From contig JAQGDQ010000609.1 in the NCBI GenBank assembly GCA_030141605.1, forward strand, positions 1 through 44,225: a DNA stretch of 44,225 nucleotides, given 5' to 3'. The position numbers and the translations under genes were made by a program. Shown here one piece after another: positions 1-10,600 of this stretch. Under the pieces are notes generated by a model that worked only from the letters and a program-made list of their open reading frames with translations, did not search any database and had not been told where the DNA came from. Position 1 is the first letter of the stretch. The number at the start of each line of letters is the position of its first letter. This DNA comes from Tubiluchus corallicola (taxonomy: Eukaryota; Animalia; Priapulida).

Positions 1-556
1 CTTTTTATGATTAGCTTAATCTGTATTGACTTTTTATGATTAGCTTAATCTGTATTAACTTTTTATGATTAGCTTAATCTGTATTAACTTTTTATGATTA
101 GCTTAATCTGTATTGACTTTTTATGATTAGCTTAATCTGTATTAACTTTTTATGATTAGCTTAATCTGTATTAACTTTTTATGATTAGCTTAATCTGTAT
201 TGACTTTTTATGATTAGCTTAATCTGTATTAACTTTTTATGATTAGCTTAATCTGTATTAACTTTTTATGATTAGCTTAATCTGTATTGACTTTTTATGA
301 TTAGCTTAATCTGTATTAACTTTTTATGATTAGCTTAATCTGTATTAACTTTTTATGATTAGCTTAATCTGTATTGACTTTTTATGATTAGCTTAATCTG
401 TATTAACTTTTTATGATTAGCTTAATCTGTATTAACTTTTTATGATTAGCTTAATCTGTATTGACTTTTTATGATTAGCTTAATCTGTATTAACTTTTTA
501 TGATTAGCTTAATCTGTATTAACTTTTTATGATTAGCTTAATCTGTATTGACTTTT
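1..556. repeat. 29-bp tandem repeat (19 units; runs off the window start) with a 3-unit higher-order period
   Basis: Unit CTTTTTATGATTAGCTTAATCTGTATT(G/A)A; the variable base cycles G,A,A across all 19 units. Confidence 0.95.
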
Positions 557-1145
557 CATGAGTGCTTCTCTTATAACAGTGGTCTTCAACCTTTTTTAAT
601 GTCATCCACCCCTAGTGGTGATTAAGTAGAAGCTGTCCACCCCCCCCCCCCCGCCCACCCCGAAAAAGTCTCATTAAAAATCTCACGTTTTTAAGATTTA
701 AAATCTATGTTTCATATCTCATTTCTATGACTATGTAAACAGAAACAGGCAGTTTCTCTTATTTTTTATTTAACTTTTACATATTCATACATATATTTAC
801 ACACCTCATCTCAAACTAAGAGGCTGAAAATACACAAGATTTACAATATGTAATTGCTTCTACATTCTGTGCTTAAATTTACAGCGAGCAAGTTTTTCAT
901 CTTTGGCTAGAGGCATTGTGTTCATGTATAGCCATAATTGAGAAGTGGTACCAACCTTGGTCGTACCTGCGCAGCCCCGGATGGGTGCAGATTAAATGTG
1001 AATTAAGGTACGTGTAACTCCAGGTGTGAAACCTCTTGCTTTGATTTCCTTTGTTTATAAGACATGTATAAAGGTTTTGTAAATTTAGGCTGTCATGTAT
1101 GATTGTTCTGTCTTGTAAAGATGCGCATTATCATTGTGCTGTAGT

Positions 1146-1301
1146 GATAAGATAAGATAAGATAAGATTTATTTTCATCGGTATGATATAAACAGTACAT
1201 ATTTGTAAAACATGAGCTTAAAGCTCGTAAACCGATATCAAACATAATGTATATGAGCGATAACATGGTAATAATATGTACTTCTTAAAATCTTTTGGAT
1301 G
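1146..1301 (-). mobile_element. 3' tail of a non-LTR retroelement (copy 1), (TCTTA)n tail
   Basis: Near-identical to 3417..3573; on the minus strand a stem-loop region, then AATAAA, then a pentanucleotide microsatellite tail. Confidence 0.6.
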
Positions 1302-1855
1302 CCACCAGAGGTATTGGTACAAGAAAAATTTATAACTACATGAAGACAGTAAAAATTCAGACAGTTAAGAATTGAGACAGTAAAAATTTTAGGCAGTAAC
1401 ATTTTCTAAAATTTACACAAAAAGCTATCTAGGTCAATAAAAAATTTTCCTGCCAACATTTCAGCATTTAATTAAGACTTAACAAAATTGGGAAGTTCGC
1501 TGAATTTACAAATGGCACATTTACATGATGCACCAGTCCATGAGTTAATTAGACGTTTAAATTCGAAAATGATTTTAATGCATTTGAACATGACAGTTGG
1601 TTTTAGGGGAAAAAGCTTTAAGCATGACAGCGTTCTTTATCTATAACGATATTCTTTAAACTGTTTTCATTTGTCAACTGTGATGTATTATTGTTTTAGT
1701 GATTTAGAAAAAAAATTCGTTTTTTTAGATATAACGAATATGCGAAAATTAAGGTGCTCCTATGTTGTCTGAGATTGTCTGCATGTAATAAGCAGTTCTT
1801 TGCTTAGTGAATTCCTGCAAACTGTTAGACAGATTGCCTGTGTATTTTGCAAGTA

Positions 1856-2461
1856 CAGTCTAGCCTCGTTATTTCGCCACTGTCCGTCTAGGGCAAATTT
1901 TTGGCGAGAGGCGAGTATGGCGAGATAACGGGAATATAACGAAGTTAGTCTATATGTATGTATATACATAATAGTTGATTAACATAGTGTTCCTCTGTGT
2001 ACATATAAAATAGACAAAACAGTTTTCGCTTCAGAGACATCATGTAAAGTTGCTCACACTTTGTGGAAACTCAAACTTAAACGCAGCTTTGGTGTTATAG
2101 AGTAAGGATATCGGTGACGCTTTAGTTTCTTTGCGCATTAACCAACCACAGCACTCCTAATCTAATCCTGGTGAGACACACACTAGATTAATTATGTCTG
2201 TCTATCGAGTACAGCAGCATTGTCTACATACCGCGGTTATATTTATCGACACGCGGTATATGTATTGATCAATTCACCTCTGAGTTTGTCTGTTTGGTGA
2301 CATAACGAATATAGTTTACATAAGCATTCATCCTAGCATGACGTGGCGAGGGTGGCGACTTAACGAGGTAAATATCAAAGCAGGAAATCCGTCCTGGTAC
2401 TTTCTATGGCGAGAGACGAGTTTGGAGGCATAACGAGGGGCGAAATAACGAGGCTAGACTG
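1856..2461. mobile_element. Tc1/mariner-pogo-type MITE
   Basis: 23-bp perfect TIRs CAGTCTAGCCTCGTTATTTCGCC (1856-1878, 2439-2461), TA on both sides, no transposase. Confidence 0.85.
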
Positions 2462-2512
2462 TATATTGCAGAAAACAATGACATGTTCTGATCCTGATTT
2501 ATTTATTTTTAG

Positions 2513-2645
2513 GATTCTTTCGAATTTTGCCTTTAATTTGTCTCCTGATTGGGAACTACCACCAAAGAAAGTGGTTCCTCAACCATTAAAAGATGGAGTA
2601 AGAGATATGCTAGTCAAGCATCATTTATTCAGCTGGGACTTATGA
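2513..2645 (+). CDS. RUNDC1: Terminal coding exon of RUN domain-containing protein 1 (upstream exons outside the window)
   Basis: Pyrimidine tract + AG acceptor at 2511-2512; encodes [43 protein letters not shown], matching the RUNDC1 C-terminus as I recall it ([19 protein letters not shown]). Confidence 0.8.
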
Positions 2646-2737
2646 TAGACAACTTAGAGTGGTAACAAAAATCGACACGGATGCGATACGTTTACTTGCG
2701 TGCATCATAGCAGTTAAGCAAATGTGACAGTTTACTG

Positions 2738-3210
2738 CAGGGGTGTGCAAATTGCGGCCCGCCGAGAGAATTTGTGCGGCCCGCGAAGAGATTTGTCAAC
2801 CTAATGAAAGTGCGGCCCGGGCGATTAATTGAGTGTATCCAGCTGAAGTCCGTGCCACGATCCCAAAGATAGTGCGGGTAGTTTTTTCTACTAGATCGGA
2901 TGCCATTAACCCTTACAAGACGGTTGTAGCTTCATGTCGCTGTACTACAAGGACTGTGTGATACACATTACTAATATGCATTGTAATGAAATTACCACTA
3001 TCTGTCCTGAAAGTAGAAATATATGGTTTGTAATATAAATTTTAATAACCTCTAAAATAGTTTCTTTATTGTAGTAGTAATAATCTACGCAGGTCGGATA
3101 CAAAAAAATCGTTATTAGGTCTTTCTGTACTTTCTGGGCTTGTTCAAACTGCCTGTGGCCCGCAGGAATTGCGGGAAAGTTTAATATGTCAGATAATTTG
3201 CACGCCCCTG
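2738..3210. mobile_element. hAT-type MITE (copy 1), just downstream of the RUNDC1 stop
   Basis: Ends CAGGGGTGTGCAAAT / ATTTGCACGCCCCTG, subterminal GCGGCCC repeats, perfect 8-bp TSD GTTTACTG (2730-2737, 3211-3218). Confidence 0.88.
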
Positions 3211-3416
3211 GTTTACTGTACTGTCAGATATTGTCATGGGGTAAAATTTGTTTTTAAAAATGTTGTTCACTTGACATTGTTGCTGTTTGCATATGAATAT
3301 ACATGTTACTCAAACAGTTGCCACTGTGTGGTTTCACAGTTTTTTGCCCTGAAATTTGTGCGTGTGTGAATTATATTGTGCAAGTACTTAAAACATTGCA
3401 AACAAAACTTAGAGTT

Positions 3417-3573
3417 AAGATAAGATAAGATAAGATAATATTTATTTTCATCGGTATGATATAAACAGTACATATTTGTAGAAACATGAGCTTAAAGCTC
3501 GTAAACCGATATCAAACAATGTATATGAGCGATAACATGGTAATAATATGTACTTCTTAAAATCTTTTGGATG
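3417..3573 (-). mobile_element. 3' tail of a non-LTR retroelement (copy 2), (TCTTA)n tail
   Basis: About 140 bp nearly identical to 1146..1301. Confidence 0.6.
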
Positions 3574-4608
3574 AATGATTTGTTCCGTAAATCGAACAAA
3601 CCTGCCATTCCAAATGCATGTATTCCAGATTAGTTTCTTTGTCATGTTAACATCAACATGTGACGCGCATTATTTGTCATGTAATGTAACTACTCATTTT
3701 AAGGCATGTTTATTTTCATCATTCTTGAGAATTCGTGTTCTTAACGTTTTTCGTTATATTGCTGGGCAGGCAAGGGGTGCACGATTGCCGTTGTTTGTCA
3801 CCTCCATGAATAATACTTGCTCTGTCGTTTAATCATCAAAGGTGAATACTGTAGATCATTATATTGTTATTATACATATTGTGCTGGAAGTCAAAATTAT
3901 GTTGACAAGATGGTGAGGAGGAACCATTTATAGAGGGGAAGGTGTTGGACATGTCCCGACTGTTGAGACTAATGTGATCTTGTTAATTTTGGTTACATGT
4001 GTGATATATAATATTATTTATATATACGGCCAAAGACAAAATCTATTTATATTATTATATTGCAGTTCACACATTATTTTCATGATTGTCTATATACTAT
4101 ATTACTCAGTGAATGTCTGTATGCTCAAGTGCAGTGTATGCTTGACAGCATTCTATGGTTTATTCTGCACAAAGCTTTCATAGACACATAACTCCCGTAA
4201 CTAATTATGCTTGGCCTGTTTATGACTAAAGGTTTCCCATCTTGTTGTCATTGTGAAAATATTTATTATTTTGTTGACCGTTTATTTATTTATCAGAAAC
4301 ATGAAATTTGTTTAAGACGAATAATATTATTTCAGGCGCTAGTCATCATTACCAAAAATTCATTCCACTAAATTTCGTTATATTTATTTTTATGAAAATG
4401 ATGTATATATACAAAGTATGTTGTTTACCTAGTATTATAGAGAAAAATAAAATGAATTAAACACAGAGTTCATCAATAGAATTATTTGAAGGTTTCTAAT
4501 GTTGGCAATTCTCAGTCGCAAAAACTAATGCTTACTCATTATATTACGCGATGCAGAAAAAATCTCCACAACACAACGGGCGTCCAGAACAGAAACAGAT
4601 CGTGGGAT

Positions 4609-7600
4609 TTACGATCCACCTTGTATCCACTTCCACAAGTCCAGTCGGCGATCATAAAACGAACAAGAAGCAATTAAATATCCAGGTGGTGACAAGTCTA
4701 TAGTACTTGCACTCACAGATTCATGGTGTGACGTGCCACTAGTACTTGCACTCACAGATTCATGGTGTGACGTGCCACTAGTACTTGCACTCACAGATCC
4801 ATGGTGTGACGTGTCACTAGTACTTGCACTTACAGATCCATGGTGTGACGTGCCACTAGTACTTGCACTCACAGATTCATGGTGTGACGTGTCACTAGTA
4901 CTTGCACTCACAGATTCATGGTGTGACGTGTCACTAGTACTTGCACTTACAGATCCATGGTGTGACGTGCCACTAGTACTTGCACTCACAGATTCATGGT
5001 GTGACGTGTCACTAGTACTTGCACTCACAGATTCATGGTGTGATGTGCCACTAGTACTTGCACTCACAGATTCATGGTGTGATGTGCCACTAGTACTTGC
5101 ACTCACAGATTCATGGTGTGATGTGCCACTAATTGTCTCATTTTGTCGTTTCGGCTTGCAACTTGCCATATTTTCTGATTTACCATCATCGACACGGGTA
5201 GAAGAATTACTACATTTCGTGTCTCCAGGTGGCACTGCTGATGATGAGAAATGAAAACCACGAGAAGACAATGGCAACCCCCAATCAACACCATACGCAA
5301 GTGATTCGTGTTCAAGATAAGAACAGACTATCGGCTGAGAATCTGAAAAAAACAACAATTGAACTAAATGTAATCATGCAAACTGTAACTAGCCAACATT
5401 TAATTAGTTACAGAAATACGCTCATTAATGAGTTTGAAGAAGCAGTTTGTATTTAACCCTTTCACTACGGAAAGTGGTAGACTGCCGCCCAAGCTCAGGA
5501 CTAAGCGCAGTCACCCAGGTCTGTTTATTTCACTACTACGACCATGCAAGAATATTTGTAGAAAGTTTAACAGTCTTGGGATTGGGGTTGCTTCGCAACG
5601 AGTAACGTTAGCCAGCCAGTGAAGCCAGGTGCATTCCATAATACTGCACTGTATGGTCTGAAGCCAGGTACATTCCATAATACTGCACTGTATGGTCTGT
5701 TCCCACGCAAAATCACTTGTAGATCGTTGGTGAAACGTATGTTTAGTTGATTGTTCTGCATTCTTATAAAATGATTGTATATTATGGATTAGTATTGTGT
5801 CTTTTGTGAAAACTGGTTTTGAAACATAAGTACATGCTTATTTATGAGGGTGTGCACGTGTGTGTGTGTGTGTGTGTGTGCAGGAGTGCTTGCATGTGTG
5901 CTCGTATGTGTGCGCATGTGTAAAAGTAAAACTAATATTTAATATTAGTACTGAATATCGCACAACTGTTTGTTTATCTACAAGATGCTGTTTTAGTAAC
6001 ACACCACAAGAAGTTATGGTCAAATGTCCAAAGGTCAATGTGGCCCAGTTAAAAAGCAACTATGTAGTGAAAGGGTTAAAAAATGGAAACTTAAACTTTG
6101 TGTCAGTGGACTGTTATAATTAACATCAATGTAACAACTGCGCATTTCCCTAATAACAAGCAAAAAAATCAGTCATGACATTTCTTAATAACATTCTATT
6201 TGTATCAGTCATGACGTTTCTTAATAACATTCTATTTGTATCAGTCATGACGTTTCTTAATAACATTCTATTTGTATCAGTCATGATGTTTCGTAATAAC
6301 ATTCTATTTGCATCAGTCATGACGTTTCGTAATAACATTCTATTTGTATCAGTCATGACGTTTCGTAATAACATTCTATTTGCATCAGTCATGACGTTTC
6401 TTAATAATATTCTATTTGCATCAGTCATGACGTTTCGTAATAACATTCTATTTGTATCAGTCATGACGTTTCGTAATAACATTCTATTTGCATCAGTCAT
6501 GACGTTTCTTAATAACATTCTATTTACCCTTAATCTCAGTACAGTCTAGTATATGAAAACCATTTTGCATGCATGCCGCCAGAAGATGACGACCAAGCAC
6601 AGGTTCCCATTTCAGTCTCCAGATGCCGCCACCTACGTGGGTGTCTGATACGGGCGTTTTCATTTGTCTTGTGTCCCAAATGAGAATACGTTCATCGTAG
6701 CTAAAAGGGAAAAAGTTACCAATATTGGGAAAAACGTGCATAAACATCGAATTTTTCACAAACATATGAGAAAAAGTTCTCGCGGAAATTAGTTTATTAT
6801 TATCACATTCAGTACAATATAATGACATTAAGCACACAGTGACATCAAAATTGTTACGTCATACTGTATTAAATTGTTATGTTTCATACACTATCGTTAT
6901 GATAAAAGAATAATTGTACTGCAGTGGGCTAGAGAAGCAAAGGCTTGTATAAGCCCACTGTCATGTGAACCCGATAAAAAAAGAATGGATGAGTGAACAA
7001 AAAAAGAACTGGGAGAAAGGTTAGATCACACAGGAAGGGTAGAAGGATGTGTTAGTGGAAATGGTAGGAAGAAAGATAATAGATTGTGCTATGTTGACAT
7101 CAGCTCTAAAGATTTATCAATGATGCCTTGTTTTGCATAATCTGTACCAGGATTGTGGTATGACTGCTGCAGTAGGTGTGGGAAATTAGGAAGTGTTGTA
7201 CTTGTTGAGAATCATTGCTCTGTTCTTCTTTTGAAATTTTTGAATTGGCTGAACAGTTTTTAATTCATCATTTATGTCATTGCAAAGTCTTGGACCAACA
7301 TTTGCAATGAATTGCCGTTAATAATAATAATAATAATCTTTATTTAAAGTCGGCTTTTGGGTGAGCTATTATCGCCGACTGTAAATAACAACCTACAACT
7401 ACATAACAGAGACTATTGTTACCCCACTTTTACCCTAAATACCACACGTCAGGCAGGGCAACAGCAGGTACCATTTTTAAATTCTTTGGTATGACCCGGC
7501 CGCTGGTTCGAACTCACGAGCTCCCAGACGGAAAGCAGACGCATTACCACTAGACTAAACCGTCTGGTTAATGAATTAATTATTTGAATTAATGAATTAA

Positions 7601-10600
7601 TCATTTGAAATGATTTTAATTACCTGCCTGTGGCCAGCATGTTTTCTGTACAAGGATTACTCTGTATACTGCACACACCCATCATATGCTCTTTGCTAGT
7701 AAAAGTAGGAGCCTGTGAACCTGCTCTTATGTCCCAACCCTTCAGCTTGCAATCATCACCACCTAATATTAATAACAAACAACCCTGCAGTCTACCGAAC
7801 AGTTGCTAATTAAAAACCATATTTGAGTAAGTAAGTAAGTAAAAAAATTTTATTTGTCTCTGAAAGTTACAAAATAAACATAAACAAAAGCTGAAAACTA
7901 AAATAAAGCCGGAAAAGAGACGGGGTGGCGAAAAGACCAAGGGTCACCAAGTCAACCACCCCTATCCAAACTGAAGAAAATTAAGCGACCTGTCAAGTAA
8001 GGTATGTACAAATGAAAATAATCAACATCTGAACAAAAAAAAATGAGGCAACAGGTTCAAATGAGTTTAAATTTAGAAACAGTAAATAAATTTGGAAATG
8101 AGAAGAGGCAAAATTTAAATTAGCAAACAAAACATCTGGACTTTAACAATGTTGAAAACTCTTAATCTCTATCAATTTAAAAAAGCATCAAAGAATTACC
8201 TACTACAACGGTATAATTAACTCACAATTTTACTCATCCTGATCTTAAGTTACTAACAAAACTTATTTTGTTCTAATGTACGTTATAACTGATGAAAATG
8301 TTAATTGTCAATTGTTTCACTTATCTGGAGGAGGACTCGAAAGCTCAATGCTCCTTCCTTCTCCTCACAGTAACTCGCATAGTTTTTTTTTCAATGTAAT
8401 ATCAATTTATATGTATGTTTGAGTTGCTGTGGAATAAATTCTTAATTCAAAAAATTCATAATTCATAATGTCTTGCAAAACTTCCTATTTTCATTTACTA
8501 GAGAATGCGCTTACCTGAATACACAATATTAATGTTCCAGTAATCGAAAGCTGCAATCCAAGCTTCAAAACCATGAGCGAGCCACTGACTCATAAGTGAC
8601 ACATGTGAACCTGTACACTGCAGTAGACTGACACCCCCTGAAGAATCACTTGCAACGATGCTGGGAGAGGTGCTAGGAAACGAAATGCAGAAAACAAATC
8701 AAGAATTCACCTCAGTAGACAATTTCAGTGTGTTAAAATTAAAATTAAGTAAAATGAGTTACTGGTTTCATAAGTTACCCTAGTCTTCTTCGCCAGCTGA
8801 GTACACATTACAGCAGGGGTGTGCAAACTGCGGCCCGCTGAGAGATCTTGTGCGGCCCACGAAGAGGTTTGTCAACGTAATGAAAGTGCGGCCCACGCGA
8901 CCCACCTGAAGTCTGCGTCAATATCGCAAAGATAGTGCAGGTAGTTTTTTCCTCTAGATCGGATGGCATTAACCCTTACAAGACCGTTGTCACTTAATGT
9001 CACTGTCAGACATGATGAAATATATGGTTTTTAATATAAATTTTACTAACTTCTAAAACAGTTTCTTGAGTGTAGTAGTGCAGTAGTAATGATGTGCGCA
9101 AACTGGATGCAAAAAAATCGTTATTAGGTCCTACTGTACTTGGCTCCTTGACCAACCTGCATGTGTCCCACAGGAATTGCGGGAATGTTTAATGTGGCCC
9201 GGCTAGACAGATAATTTGCACACCCCTGGATTACACTATTCGATTTGCAAACCTCTTTTAATTACAACTGGTTGTTGTGCTTTAAATGAGGCTTACTGTT
9301 TCACGTTGACAAACTCTCACTGGAGTAAAGGAAAGCTGTATTAAATAATGATTTTCATTAAATTAGTTATTAAATTATTAAATTAATAATTCAGGATTAA
9401 ATGCTTGATGATGCAAGATTAAACTATCGTCGTGGCTAGAAGTCTAGTTAGGTGTGGCATCACGTGACCAGCTGATGTTCGACCGGCTGACTCAGAAGTA
9501 AAGATTGATGATGTAATCCTTATTCGCAGAAGCTCACGGCGCATTAGGTAGTTAAACAAAAGTGGTTTGAGGCCCGCACCTCGGGGGAGATGAGGAACTG
9601 ACTGAAGACGGGCGGCTGGCATTACTATCCTCTTATATTTACCATGTTGTTTTTGTTACTTAATAAATAAAGTCTTGATAGTTTGCCATGCCCATCGTGG
9701 CTACCTCACACGCCACACAATAAACAACAATAATCAGCAAGCAGATTTAACCACAAGAATAAATAAACTTTAAAAATTATTTTACTGCTGGCAGAACTGC
9801 CAAACAGCTAGACAAAAGTCTAAGAAACTAAAGTAGTGATAAATTACATTTTTTTTATCTGTAGCTTCACGTTGTTATTAAGCAGTATTGCTTCATAAGA
9901 TCAGCTATTAAGAGTAAACCTAGTTTAAAACAATGCAAACTTGTGAAGCTTTGATTAATAACCCATACATTTTAGTGGCCTGGCGCATTTACAGATCCAA
10001 TGCACTACAAGCAGCAGTGACTTAAAGGACAAGAAAAGGGGTACCTGAAGTAGGTTTCAGAAAAATCGCCCTAAAAAGTTATACTACTTTACAGAAATTT
10101 TATGCACATTTGTATTCGTGTTGAAAGGAATTTTCGTTTGTTTTCATTTTAAATCTCCCGCAATACAGTTCCGGCAGTGCCATTACATGACGTCACTTCG
10201 CCACGTAAATCAGGGAAAGAATTGGAAATGTTAAATTATGACCCACGAAACTTTCCATGCAAATCTATATTACTTAGCACTTCACTTACCTGCTGGAAAC
10301 ACTTATGTAACTAGACTAATCATTTAAAATGTTTGTGCCAGTTGGTAAAATGTCGCTGACTCACCCTCCAGGGTGCGCCACTCACTAGCCAAAAACGTAA
10401 TTTTAAATTTTTTTTACTTAATTAGCAACATGTATGCTACGGATGCTCCAATTATTTTTTCAAACTTTACTTAATGTTATCTAAACTTGTTTCAAACGAC
10501 CAAATGTCAAAATGGCTGCGCCTAACGGTAATCACAGGAGTTTAAATTTACGCGTTTCATACAGCGTTACGGCCGACGCAAGCTCTGCATACGAAAAGGT

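Noticed and set aside
577-700. hAT-like terminus CAGTGGTCTTCAACC
   Set aside because: No matching right end or TSD found, so boundaries cannot be supported.
4733-5254. 173-aa plus-strand ORF, and ORFs at 6150-6549, 12071-12532, 23045-23605 and 37363-37741
   Set aside because: Stop-free readings of tandem or simple repeats, or antisense to real coding sequence.
7490-7569. tRNA gene
   Set aside because: A and B boxes are present but there is no proper cloverleaf, and it continues into a SINE core and tail.
7922-7962. Hammerhead ribozyme suggested by CGAAA plus hairpins
   Set aside because: No CUGANGA core on either strand in any of the three copies.
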